DNA of 64,000 nucleotides. Source: a bacterium (lineage in GTDB: Bacteria > Acidobacteriota > Blastocatellia > HR10). The position numbers were made by a program, and so were the translations under genes. Shown one piece after another: positions 20,394 through 29,941 of the stretch. Position 1 is the stretch's first letter. Each line of letters opens with the position of its first letter. Where the stretch lies: assembly GCA_041640655.1 (NCBI GenBank), contig JBEPZV010000002.1:1-64000 (forward strand), given 5' to 3'. The notes under the pieces were generated by a model, which was not told the DNA's origin, made no database searches, and was given only the letters and a program-made list of their open reading frames with translations.

Positions 20394-22262
20394 TCAAAAT
20401 CGGTAGCTCAGCATGGTGTAGGCGAAGGAGACACTGGCCCCGGGCGCGGCACGAGTGAGGAAGCGTCCGGGGAAGAGATGCGCATATCCGGCAGCAAGCG
20501 AGACCCTGTAGGGAAGTGCGATTCGTACGTCCACATCCACCTCTTGCCCCACATGCGTGGGGAGGACTGCTCCGTCAACGGGGCGGAGGCGCGCGATCGG
20601 CGCTCCTCCAGCCGAGTAGAGGGCATCGCGAGGGCTCGCCAACCAGAACGAATGATAATCCACCTGCGTCGTGATCCGAGGCCTCAGCCTCAGCTCCATG
20701 CCCAGTCGAAAGTTGCGCATATTCTGCCAGCCCACCACATCGGCGATCCCGTACTTGTCGTGATTGGTCGGATAGAGCTGATCGAACGTCTGACGCCGCC
20801 CATCCTGAGGGTCGCGATCTCCCGAAGCCTGGTTGTACTCCACAAGCACGCGAGGGCTCAGGCCAGCGGGCCTTATCCGATACCCCAGTTGCGCATGCAT
20901 GGCCCAGGCGCGCACCACGTCATTCCCCCATCGCCCCCACTGTCCCGCCGTCTCCAGGCGATAATCCAGCGAGGCGGATATTGTCCCCGCCCAGCGCGTT
21001 CCCACCGTGAAGACATCCGCATCTCCACGCTCGCCGCGCTCTCCCACCACGCGGGGTCGCGTCCGCCACAGCGCATATCCCTCCAAAGCCCCACCGGGGA
21101 TCACATTCTGAAACGATCCGTAGAGGCCGTAGAGATTCTCTCCCGCTCGATGGGTGTTGAACGCTCCATCCCGAATGATCACGACTGAGGCCGCGAAGAG
21201 ATCAACCCGATACTGAGGTCGGGCATAGAAGAATCGCACGGCATCAAAACTGCGCGCCGTATTTCCCCAGTCGAAGGCTCCCAGCAACCGCTCATCCCCA
21301 AAGCGCAGCTCCTGCCGCCCAAGTCGCAGTCCCCATCCCTGCCGGTTCCGATCGAAGATCTCCACCATCGCCTGCCGCAGGTCGAACGTATCCTCCACAA
21401 GCGGTGGATCGGGCTCGCCCCGAAAGCCCACGGCCTGCGCATCCTGCCCCTGCAACAGGACACGCAGCCAGTGGGTTGGACGGGCTTCCACTCCGATCCG
21501 CACTCGCGTCAGCACATACCCGTCCTTCTCTCCCGCCCGCACTCCGCCACCGAAGAGTTGCCCCCCTCGCCATTCCCACCGAAGGCGCAACTCCCCATGC
21601 ACCGTGAACCCTCGCTCCGTTGATCCCGCGCGGCTCTGTCCTCCTGTTACCCCCCCGCGCTCTTGCGCCCGCGCCTCTCCCCCTGCTCCACCACTCATCC
21701 CCCACAGCAGCACGAGCATGATGGCTTTTCCCTTCGACCACGCCCGCAGGCGCGCCGCCGCCCGCCGACGGTCAGCGCGGGTGAAGATCTTGGGGATCAG
21801 TCGGAACAACACGGCTTCTTCCTTCTCGATGTGGACCCGCAAGAACTCCCGTAATCGTCTGGCGCTTGACAGGACGGCATCGGCGGCGCCGGCATGCTCC
21901 GACTCGCGCTGCGACCATGCGAGGACTGCCTGTGCGAACTCTCGAATCATCTGCCGCAACTCCTCGTGTTCGAACTCAAGGGCCGCGACCGGCCCGCCGA
22001 TCTCATTCAGATCCCGCCCCACGGGCGGGAACAATACCTCCTCTTCGAGCCTCAGGAGATCGTACACCTCTTGGGTGAAGAACCTGACCAGCTCCTCAAG
22101 CACCGCCGTCCCTGGAGGGCACGCCGAATCGCGACAAGCCGTCCCACTTTTCGCGCCGCCTTCCATCGTGCGAAGGACATCCTCCAAGAGGGCCAAGTGC
22201 CGATGGATCTCGGCGTGACGCCGCGCGATCTCAGTGATGGCTTCCGAATGCGCCTCGTTCAC
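20394..22262 (-). CDS. Hemerythrin-like domain fused to alginate-export (AlgE-like) outer-membrane beta-barrel
   Basis: N-terminal H...EEEVLFP, EHEE and [10 protein letters not shown] hemerythrin motifs; internal signal-like segment; [22 protein letters not shown]...[10 protein letters not shown] and terminal YRF barrel signature. Start approximate (22262-22280). Confidence 0.8.
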   Translation of the reverse strand: MNEAHSEAITEIARRHAEIHRHLALLEDVLRTMEGGAKSGTACRDSACPPGTAVLEELVRFFTQEVYDLLRLEEEVLFPPVGRDLNEIGGPVAALEFEHEELRQMIREFAQAVLAWSQRESEHAGAADAVLSSARRLREFLRVHIEKEEAVLFRLIPKIFTRADRRRAAARLRAWSKGKAIMLVLLWGMSGGAGGEARAQERGGVTGGQSRAGSTERGFTVHGELRLRWEWRGGQLFGGGVRAGEKDGYVLTRVRIGVEARPTHWLRVLLQGQDAQAVGFRGEPDPPLVEDTFDLRQAMVEIFDRNRQGWGLRLGRQELRFGDERLLGAFDWGNTARSFDAVRFFYARPQYRVDLFAASVVIIRDGAFNTHRAGENLYGLYGSFQNVIPGGALEGYALWRTRPRVVGERGERGDADVFTVGTRWAGTISASLDYRLETAGQWGRWGNDVVRAWAMHAQLGYRIRPAGLSPRVLVEYNQASGDRDPQDGRRQTFDQLYPTNHDKYGIADVVGWQNMRNFRLGMELRLRPRITTQVDYHSFWLASPRDALYSAGGAPIARLRPVDGAVLPTHVGQEVDVDVRIALPYRVSLAAGYAHLFPGRFLTRAAPGASVSFAYTMLSYRF

Positions 22263-22290
22263 GTTCACCCCCCGACGCATAGTGTGACCA

Positions 22291-22306
22291 AGCAAGCATC
22301 ATACCA
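22291..22306 (-). promoter_or_regulatory. Sigma-54 (-24/-12) promoter for the hemerythrin-porin/nxr operon
   Basis: Minus strand TGGTATGATGCTTGCT: TGG-N10-GC with TTGCT. Confidence 0.7.
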
Positions 22307-22381
22307 GAACGCGGAAATCCCCACCCCTTGAAGAAACGATGGCGATTCAAGGTGTTGCCCGAAGGAAGGGGAACACCCATG

Positions 22382-22417
22382 GTTGCACTCGGATGCCCCC
22401 GCGTTGCATTTTGCAAC
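22382..22417. promoter_or_regulatory. Candidate enhancer: palindrome plus half-site
   Basis: GTTGCA-TTT-TGCAAC perfect dyad at 22403-22417 and a second GTTGCA 21 bp away at 22382. Confidence 0.5.
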
Positions 22418-22582
22418 ATCTCTCCTTTGACTGGAGAAGCTAACGATCGCAACATTCGGCTCCCCCGAGGTCGCACCCGTTCACGGAGCGACCTTGGGAT
22501 GCTCTTGCCTTCCCAGGACCGCTTGGGTATTTTCATCGCGTGCAGATCGCTGGTGAGCAGAATGCGAGGGCATAAAGGGCGT

Positions 22583-23158
22583 ATGGACGCGACCATGCTC
22601 GAGGCCGAGGTGAAGATCCCCGTGGAGAGAAACCCCCTTGATGGCCACGCGGAACCGGACGTGCGCGTGGTGAAGCCGCGCCATTTTGAGGAGAATTGGG
22701 TGCTCGATTTCGAGGACGAGCGCCTTCGGCGTTCCGCGAGCTTGCTGCGCATCCGTCGTGTGGGGGAGCGCGGGACGATTACCTTCAAGGGACCACCGCA
22801 GGCCCATCCATCGCTCAAGGTGCGGGAAGAAGTGGAGACGGAAGTCGCCCATCCGATGCGCGCGCTCGCGATCTTTGAACGGCTGGGCCTGCGGCCGATC
22901 TATCGCTATCAGAAGTATCGAACTGAATATCGCGTGCAGCTCCCTTCGGGAGCCGCGCTCTCGGTCATGTTCGACGAAACGCCGATGGGGAATTTCCTGG
23001 AGCTGGAGGGAGACGAGAGAAGCATTTGGGAATTCCTCCACCGATTTCACCTGGAGGAGAAGCCGCTTCTTCGCGCGAGCTATCCAACGCTCTACGCCGA
23101 ATTTTGTCGAGTCCGGGGCAAACCCTTCGGGGATATGCTCTTTCCGGAGACCGAGTAG
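22583..23158 (+). CDS. CYTH-domain protein (class IV adenylate cyclase-like)
   Basis: EAEVK, LLRIRR, ITFKGP, REEVET, YQKYR, DETPMGNFLELEG. Confidence 0.88.
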   Translation: MDATMLEAEVKIPVERNPLDGHAEPDVRVVKPRHFEENWVLDFEDERLRRSASLLRIRRVGERGTITFKGPPQAHPSLKVREEVETEVAHPMRALAIFERLGLRPIYRYQKYRTEYRVQLPSGAALSVMFDETPMGNFLELEGDERSIWEFLHRFHLEEKPLLRASYPTLYAEFCRVRGKPFGDMLFPETE

Positions 23159-23170
23159 AGGGAGTGTCCG

Positions 23171-24136
23171 ATGCGCGCGATGATCCTGGCTGCCGGGTTG
23201 GGCACGCGACTCTGGCCGTTGACGGCCGATCGGGCCAAGGCCGCTGTTCCCTTCCTCGACAAGCCGATCATCGCCCATCTCCTCGAATATTTGCGGCGGT
23301 ACGGCATCACCGACGTGATCATCAATCTCCACTATCAGGGCGATTCCATTCGCCGCATCGTGGGCGATGGCTCCAGATGGGGCGTGCGCGTCTTCTATTC
23401 CGAGGAGCCGGAGATCCTGGGAACCGGAGGCGCTCTGGATAAAGTGCGCCATCTGCTCCAGGGCGGAACCTTTCTGGTCATCAACGGCAAGATCATCACC
23501 GACATTGACCTGCACGCCGTGTGCGAGGCACATCGGCAGCGAGCGGCTCTGGCCACGCTCGTGCTCATGAGGAACACTCGGCGTGAGCGCTTCAGCGTCG
23601 TCGAAGTGGATGGCGATGGCTGCATCGTGCGGTTCGGCGGCATGCCTCCCCCCTTGACCGAAGAGGCGCCGACCGATCACGCTCCGCTGCTCTTCACGGG
23701 CATTCAAGTCGTCGAGCCCGAGATCTTCGAGTTCATCCCGCGCGGCGCGTTCTCCCACACGACTGTAGACGTCTATCCGCGAGCCATAGCGTGCGGACGC
23801 CGGATCGCCGCCTATATCGCGGAGGGACAATGGTACGAGCTGAGCACGCTCGAACGCTACTTGAACGCGAGCCTCGCCTTCCTCCGTCGCGAAGGGCGAT
23901 CCTTCATCGCCGGCACTGGGACGATCATCGAAGAAGGAGCGAAGGTCACCGAGAGCGTCCTCTGGGCTCGCGTCCGCATCCCGAGATGCGCGCGTGTGCA
24001 TCACTGCATCATCGGCGATGATGTCACGCTGCCCCCCGGAAGCGATCTCACGCGCGTCGCGGTCGTCCGCGCTGCTATCTGTCCATCTCCTCACAGAGGG
24101 ACCGTCGTGGGGGAGAACCTCATCGTCCCGTTCTGA
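23171..24136 (+). CDS. NDP-sugar pyrophosphorylase (mannose-1-phosphate guanylyltransferase family)
   Basis: AMILAAGLGTRLWPLT, LGTGGAL, C-terminal hexapeptide-like segment. Confidence 0.9.
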   Translation: MRAMILAAGLGTRLWPLTADRAKAAVPFLDKPIIAHLLEYLRRYGITDVIINLHYQGDSIRRIVGDGSRWGVRVFYSEEPEILGTGGALDKVRHLLQGGTFLVINGKIITDIDLHAVCEAHRQRAALATLVLMRNTRRERFSVVEVDGDGCIVRFGGMPPPLTEEAPTDHAPLLFTGIQVVEPEIFEFIPRGAFSHTTVDVYPRAIACGRRIAAYIAEGQWYELSTLERYLNASLAFLRREGRSFIAGTGTIIEEGAKVTESVLWARVRIPRCARVHHCIIGDDVTLPPGSDLTRVAVVRAAICPSPHRGTVVGENLIVPF

Positions 24137-24213
24137 GCAGATCCCCACCAAGCTCCTGAAAGGAGAGAGCTTCCATTTTCTCGTGCAAAATTTCAAGGAC
24201 TCGTCCTCGGATC

Positions 24214-24254
24214 TTCCAAAATCCTGGAGGGAATTTCCGAGTTTCTGGAAACTC
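24214..24254. promoter_or_regulatory. Tandem candidate enhancer sites upstream of the TBDR
   Basis: TTCC-N8-GGA at 24214 and 24235 (21 bp apart); overlapping dyad GAGTTTC-TG-GAAACTC at 24239-24254. Confidence 0.45.
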
Positions 24255-24325
24255 GCCCAATCGAGCGCCCGCGCTCCCTCCAGCCAACCCATTGAGAAGC
24301 AAGGAGTAAAGGAAACGAGGGGTTT

Positions 24326-24341
24326 GGGCACACCCCTTGCT
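24326..24341 (+). promoter_or_regulatory. Sigma-54 (-24/-12) promoter of the TBDR
   Basis: GGGCACACCCCTTGCT: GG-N10-GC, near consensus, about 63 nt before the ATG. Confidence 0.78.
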
Positions 24342-24404
24342 TGAAAAAGCCGTGGCGGTCTTCGCTGAAGGCCGCTGAGATTCAAGGAAGGAGGTGGGAG
24401 TGCG

Positions 24405-27400
24405 ATGAAGCGCGTCATGTCATGGGTGATCATGGCGAGCTTGACGTGGGCCTTTGGGATGAGCGCGACGAAGGCGCAAACGATCCTGGGATCCATCTCA
24501 GGAGTCGTGACCGATCCTCGTGGGGACCCGATTCAGGGGGCGACGGTCACGATCAAGAACGAAGAGACGGGGCTCACGCGCATCCTCACGACGAACGAGA
24601 CGGGATTCTATCGCGCGGACTCGCTCCCGATTGGGGAGAACTACACGATCACGGTGGAGCATCCAGGGTTCAAGAAGGAGATCCGCACGAAGATCGCGGT
24701 GCGCGCCGTTGCGATCACGCGTGTGGATGTCCAACTGCAAGTGGGAGAGATCGCGGAAGTCGTCGAAGTGACAGCGGCAGGGGCGGAGCTCCTCGAACGC
24801 ACCGAGGCGCGCGTGGCGAAGTCCATCCAGAGCCGACAGGTCTTCGAACTGCCGGGGCGGAATACGCTGACGGGCCTGGCCCTGCTGGTCCCGGGGACCG
24901 TCCCCAATGTCCCGGGGATGCCCGGCTCCGGCTTCGCCACAAGCGGCGGACGCTCGCGCTCGAACAACTTCAATTTGGACGGCTCCAACAACAACGACGA
25001 TTCGCTTTCGATCCCCCGCCAGACTGTTCCGCCTGAGGCAGTCGCCGAGTTTCAGATCGTGACGAACAACTTCAATGCGGAGCAGGGGCGCAATTCCGGG
25101 GCTGTCGTCAACGTCATCACGAAGTCGGGGACCAATGAGTATCACGGGACGCTGCACTGGACGTGGGCGGGCAACGGACTGAATGCGCTGACGCTCCAGC
25201 AAGAGCGCGTCTATCGCGGGGCCTTGCAACAAGGTCTCCCGAAACACCAGGCCCTGCGTTCGGCGAAGAATCCGACAGTGGAGAACCTCGGGGGATTCAC
25301 CCTCGGTGGTCCGATCCGAAAGGAACAAACCTTCTTCTTCGGCTCGTATGATTTCGACCTCCTGCGCAGCACTATCGGATCAGCGGCGCGCAACGCGATC
25401 ACGCGCGAGGGGCTGGACCTGATTCGAGCGAACGCGGCGGCTCAGGGGTTCACGCCGGAAGCCATTGATTTCCTCGCGAACACCTTCCCCGTGGCCAACG
25501 ATTTCTCGACGCGATTCAATGTCAACGTGGCGGCTCCCGGGCAACCTCCACTTCTGATCCCCTTCGCCCGCTTCAACCGAGGGTTGGTCGAGACGCTCAA
25601 GTACGAGACGAACTTCCATCGGTTCCTCGCGCGAGTGGATCACCGCTTCGGCGAGAAGGATCAGCTCTTCGGTCGCTACCTCTTCGATGACAGCGACGAT
25701 CCGGGGACGCCCGCCTCGCTGCGGGGACAAGAGATCGGCACGGCCGTGCGGAATCAGAGCCTGACGCTCGTCCACACGCATGTCTTCTCGCCGCGCGCCG
25801 TGAATGAATTCCGCTTCGCCTACAACCGCCGGGCCATCACCTTCCCCCTGGGGGAGACCGTCCGCCGCTTCGGAGCGTTCTCCATCGGTGGGGTGGGCGG
25901 AGCGTTCACCCTCGGGAACATCAACTTCCCGCAGTTCCGTACCGACAACATCTATCAGTACGCGAACAAATACACGTTCACGTTCGGACGCCACTCGCTG
26001 CGCGCGGGCGTGGACATCCGCCGCGTGCAGTTGAACTCCTTCTTCGCGCCGATTGTGGACGGGCAAGTGACCTATCCGAACCTGCGCGCTTTCCTGCGCG
26101 ACGAGAACGCCACGTTCAACCAGTATGCGGGCGAAGCGTATGTCCCCAGCCGGTTGACCGAACTGGGCGCCTTCTTGCAGGACGATCTGCGTCTCACCCC
26201 CAACCTGACACTCAATCTCGGGATCCGCTACGAATATACGGGGACGCCCTTCCAGTACTTCTCCAACGCGAAGCCGGACATCAACAACTGGGGGCCACGC
26301 TTCGGCTTCGCCTGGAATCCGAAGACCGAGCGGACCGGATTCTGGGGATGGCTCACCGGCGGCGACCGGCTCGTGCTCCGAGGCGGATACTCGCTCACCT
26401 ACGACCAGATCTTCCAGAACGTCCTGCTCAACACCTCGCGGAATTACCCGCGCGGCGTTCAGGTGGCTCTCGGGCCGATCTCCGGTCAGCGCCTCTTCCT
26501 CCGCAGCAATTGGCCATCGCCGCCGACGCCCCAAGACTTCGTGCGCTTGGGCGGAAACCCGGACCTACTGCCATATCGCTACTTCTCCCTCAACAAGCGC
26601 GTCAGCCAGCCCTACACGAACCAGTACAGCCTGACCATCCAACGACAGTTCCTGAACGACTACGTGCTCAGCATCGGATACGTGGGCACGCGAGCGCTCA
26701 AACTGATCCGCGAGTACGAGACGAACATCGGGTTCTTCAAAGCGGCCGTGGACCGGAATCCATCAGTGTATCAGAGCGTCCTGCCCTTCTTGCAGTTGAC
26801 GACGCGAGGGGGACAACCCGTATATCTGCGCGATCCGGCGCGCGGCTCGATCTTAGTCGGCGATGGACACGCGCAGTCCTGGTACAACTCGCTGCAGATC
26901 TCCGTGGATAAGCGACTGAGCCGCGGCCTGCAATTCGGCGCTGCGTACACTTACTCCAGCTACATCAGCACGAGTGACGACATCCTTGGGGCCTGGCTCG
27001 CGCAAACGCTCCCGGCCAACCCCATCAACGCGCGGTTGGATCGCGGCCGCTCCATCTACGATCGTCCACACCGGCTCGTGATCAACTACGTGTGGGACAT
27101 CCCCGGATACCGGGGCGAGAGCGGGTTCCTGCGGCAGACGCTCTCCGGATGGCGACTGTCCGGGATCACCACGTTCCAATCGGGGACGCCTTATTCGGTC
27201 TTCAACAACAACAATGCGCTCGGCATCCTGCCCGGTCAGATCACGACCATCGCCTTCTCGCAGCGCGTCTCGATCAATCCGAACGGCGATCCACTGCTCG
27301 TCACGGGCGTCGGACCAGACGGCCGTCCGATCAACCCCAACGCCTACTGGATCGTCCCCGGGACGAACTCGGGAATCGTGGGGAATTCCGGGCGGAACCG

Positions 27401-27668
27401 CTTCCGAACCGAGGGTGTGAACAACTTCGACATGGCGTTGGTGAAGGAGATCCGGATCACCGAGAGCCACCATCTTCAGATCCGATGGGAGGTCTTCAAC
27501 GTCTTCAATCACCGTCAGTTCATCTATCCGCCGCCGAACTTCCTCTCGGAGACCACGCTGCTTGGGCCGACGCAGCCGGACCTGAACCTCGGATGGTCGC
27601 ACCTGGGATTGACCGGAGCGACGCCCGGCGGCCGCAGCATGATCTTCACCGTGCGGTATAACTTCTAA
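24405..27668 (+). CDS. Oar-like TonB-dependent receptor with carboxypeptidase-regulatory-like N-domain
   Basis: Signal peptide; GSISGVVTDP, NNFNLDGSNNND, GRNSGAVVNVITKSGTN, LNLGIRYE, PRFGFAW, EVFNVFNH, terminal RYNF. Confidence 0.93.
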   Translation: MKRVMSWVIMASLTWAFGMSATKAQTILGSISGVVTDPRGDPIQGATVTIKNEETGLTRILTTNETGFYRADSLPIGENYTITVEHPGFKKEIRTKIAVRAVAITRVDVQLQVGEIAEVVEVTAAGAELLERTEARVAKSIQSRQVFELPGRNTLTGLALLVPGTVPNVPGMPGSGFATSGGRSRSNNFNLDGSNNNDDSLSIPRQTVPPEAVAEFQIVTNNFNAEQGRNSGAVVNVITKSGTNEYHGTLHWTWAGNGLNALTLQQERVYRGALQQGLPKHQALRSAKNPTVENLGGFTLGGPIRKEQTFFFGSYDFDLLRSTIGSAARNAITREGLDLIRANAAAQGFTPEAIDFLANTFPVANDFSTRFNVNVAAPGQPPLLIPFARFNRGLVETLKYETNFHRFLARVDHRFGEKDQLFGRYLFDDSDDPGTPASLRGQEIGTAVRNQSLTLVHTHVFSPRAVNEFRFAYNRRAITFPLGETVRRFGAFSIGGVGGAFTLGNINFPQFRTDNIYQYANKYTFTFGRHSLRAGVDIRRVQLNSFFAPIVDGQVTYPNLRAFLRDENATFNQYAGEAYVPSRLTELGAFLQDDLRLTPNLTLNLGIRYEYTGTPFQYFSNAKPDINNWGPRFGFAWNPKTERTGFWGWLTGGDRLVLRGGYSLTYDQIFQNVLLNTSRNYPRGVQVALGPISGQRLFLRSNWPSPPTPQDFVRLGGNPDLLPYRYFSLNKRVSQPYTNQYSLTIQRQFLNDYVLSIGYVGTRALKLIREYETNIGFFKAAVDRNPSVYQSVLPFLQLTTRGGQPVYLRDPARGSILVGDGHAQSWYNSLQISVDKRLSRGLQFGAAYTYSSYISTSDDILGAWLAQTLPANPINARLDRGRSIYDRPHRLVINYVWDIPGYRGESGFLRQTLSGWRLSGITTFQSGTPYSVFNNNNALGILPGQITTIAFSQRVSINPNGDPLLVTGVGPDGRPINPNAYWIVPGTNSGIVGNSGRNRFRTEGVNNFDMALVKEIRITESHHLQIRWEVFNVFNHRQFIYPPPNFLSETTLLGPTQPDLNLGWSHLGLTGATPGGRSMIFTVRYNF

Positions 27669-27671
27669 GCC

Positions 27672-27704
27672 GTGAGGGCCCGGCCGTACGCGCCGGGCCC
27701 TCGC
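27672..27704. terminator. Stem-loop between convergent genes
   Basis: GAGGGCCCGGC-N7-GCCGGGCCCTC 11-bp perfect stem immediately after the TBDR stop; no clear U-tract. Confidence 0.6.
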
Positions 27705-27784
27705 GCACGATCCGAGATCCCCTGGGGGAAGCATCGTTTCGATCCCGGACGGTGAAGCGCCACGCGACCGCCTCCCCCCGCGCC

Positions 27785-28783
27785 CTACCGAACGACGGCT
27801 TTTATCACTTCAAGGCTCACCCCTTCAGGCTCGATCACGTTTCGCACGAAATAGAGCGTTCCATCTCGTCCTATAGCCCTCAGGATCCCAGGAACGGAAG
27901 GGAACGTCTGCACATGGTGCCCGTTCGCAGATACCAGGTGAACGGCGTAGAGAGAGGATTGTCGTCGCCCCCCCTCCCGAGACTTCCAGTGATAGACCGA
28001 TCCACCGGCGATAATGAGCCACTCCGAATGGAGGGCAGAAAAGAAATCAACGAGGGAGAGGGCTTCGACGGCATATTCGCGCATGGCCTCATTGACCTCT
28101 CCGGGAAGACTAAGGGAAGGAACTACGACCTTGTGCGATTGGATCTCGTGTCCATCCCGTGCAAACCGCTTTATGAACAGCCCTTCCCCCGTCTCTTCCA
28201 AAAGAAGATATCCGTCCCGTAGGATGGCAAGGCGTGGATTCCGCGCACGAAGGCCTTGTGACAGCGCCTGCTCTTTCTCCCCAAAGGATCCAACCAGTGT
28301 CCCATCAAGACGCAATCTGTGAACGCGTGTACGGACAGTGGGGCCCGATGGAATATAAGCCGCCAGAAGTATCTCATCCTCTCCACCCACCTCGATCTTC
28401 TCCACGCTAAGGTTCGGCAGTTCAAAGGAGTTGAGGAGGGTTCCCTGATCGTCGAAGATCAGCACCCCGGTCTTCATGAACTTGCGCTGTGTTGCGGCAA
28501 CGATCAGTTTCCCGTTCGGTGTCACTCCAAGATCTCCAATGCCATCGAAGCCATACGTGCGGATATCCCACTCCCGCACGAGCTGACCACCCGGTCGAAA
28601 CTTGAGCACGTGAGAATCTGAACTGAAATAGAGGTTCCCCGCTTCATCCACTCTCAACCACCCGAACTCCCTCGGATTATGCCTGCCGAAATCAAGCCGC
28701 ATTCGCCCGACCTCAACGAGAGCCTTTTGAGCAGCGGCTCCGCCGATCGCGGAGAAAAGCAGAAGGAAGACCGAAAGCTTCAT
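27785..28783 (-). CDS. Secreted NHL/6-bladed beta-propeller-like protein
   Basis: Signal peptide MKLSVFLLLFSAIGGAAA-Q; repeated VDEAGNLY / FDDQGTLLNSF / LDGTLVGSFG blades. Confidence 0.7.
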   Translation of the reverse strand: MKLSVFLLLFSAIGGAAAQKALVEVGRMRLDFGRHNPREFGWLRVDEAGNLYFSSDSHVLKFRPGGQLVREWDIRTYGFDGIGDLGVTPNGKLIVAATQRKFMKTGVLIFDDQGTLLNSFELPNLSVEKIEVGGEDEILLAAYIPSGPTVRTRVHRLRLDGTLVGSFGEKEQALSQGLRARNPRLAILRDGYLLLEETGEGLFIKRFARDGHEIQSHKVVVPSLSLPGEVNEAMREYAVEALSLVDFFSALHSEWLIIAGGSVYHWKSREGGRRQSSLYAVHLVSANGHHVQTFPSVPGILRAIGRDGTLYFVRNVIEPEGVSLEVIKAVVR

Positions 28784-29063
28784 GAAGCGCCGAATCCCAA
28801 TCTTCACCTCAGTCGGTAATAATGACCTCACATGAAGAGACACCATCCCACTCCCCCCACAGATCTTGGCTTCCCTCTCGGCAAGAGAGGGTAGCACAAA
28901 CGCATGGGAACTGTTATCACTCACGCGAGCGGGGTTCGCAGAGGTCAACTGCGTAACATCGCCACTCATGAAGAACGGCCTGAATCATCCGCCGAGTGAA
29001 GCGGGCGAGGAAGATAAGGAAATCCCACCAACGCCCACGATGATCCACCGGAGCCGTGGACAA

Positions 29064-29927
29064 TTATACCCGCGCGCGTGCCTGCTCAAGCGCTCGCCGA
29101 CACCACACGCGCGCCAGGTGCGCGCGATATTCCGCCGAGGCGTGCAGGTCTTCGAGCGGATCAATACCGTCGGCAGCCTTCGCCGAAGCGTCCGCGATCG
29201 CAGAAGCCTCCACCGTCCGCCCCCGAAGCGCATCCTCGACGGCCCGCGCGCGATAGGCTTTCGGCGCGACGCCCGTGATGCCCACGGCCACGTCCTGACA
29301 CACGCCGTTCTGATCGAGCGTGAGCACGACGGCCACGCCGCAGAGCGCAAAACCCGAGGCCTTCTGCGCGACTTTCACGTACGCCGTCCCCGTGCGCGGC
29401 GGTAACGCCGGGACCTTGATCTCGACGAGCAGCTCCCCAGGCTGAAGCGCCGTCGTCAGCATATCCACAAAGAAATCCTCCGCTCGAATCCACCGCTCGC
29501 CTCGCGAGCTGACCGCTCGCATCTCCGCTTCCAGCGCCAGAATGGCCGCCGGATAATCGGCCGCCGGATCGGCGTGAACCAGACTCCCTCCGATCGTCCC
29601 CATATTCCGAACCTGCGCGTCTCCGATCACACCGGCCGTCTCGGCCAGAAGCGGACAGCGCTGCCGGAGCAGATCGGAGGTCTCAATGGCCACGTGCCGC
29701 GTCATCGCGCCGATGAGCACCTGATCGCCCGATTCCCGAATATACTCCAGCTCGCGCACACGACCGAGATCAATCACATAGCGCGGCTGCGCCAGGCGCA
29801 GCTTCATCAACGGGATCAGGCTGTGTCCCCCGGCCAGAAGCTTCGCCTCGTCCTTGTATTGATCCAAAAGCGCGAGCGCCTCCTTCACGCTCGTCGGTCG
29901 GAAATATTCGAATGCCGCTGGGATCAT
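29064..29927 (-). CDS. coxM: Molybdenum hydroxylase FAD subunit (CoxM/CutM-like)
   Basis: MIPAAFEYFRP, LLAGGHSLIPLMKLR, RNMGTIGGS, HADPAAD. Confidence 0.9.
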   Translation of the reverse strand: MIPAAFEYFRPTSVKEALALLDQYKDEAKLLAGGHSLIPLMKLRLAQPRYVIDLGRVRELEYIRESGDQVLIGAMTRHVAIETSDLLRQRCPLLAETAGVIGDAQVRNMGTIGGSLVHADPAADYPAAILALEAEMRAVSSRGERWIRAEDFFVDMLTTALQPGELLVEIKVPALPPRTGTAYVKVAQKASGFALCGVAVVLTLDQNGVCQDVAVGITGVAPKAYRARAVEDALRGRTVEASAIADASAKAADGIDPLEDLHASAEYRAHLARVWCRRALEQARARV

Positions 29928-29941
29928 ACGTCCCCCCTCCT

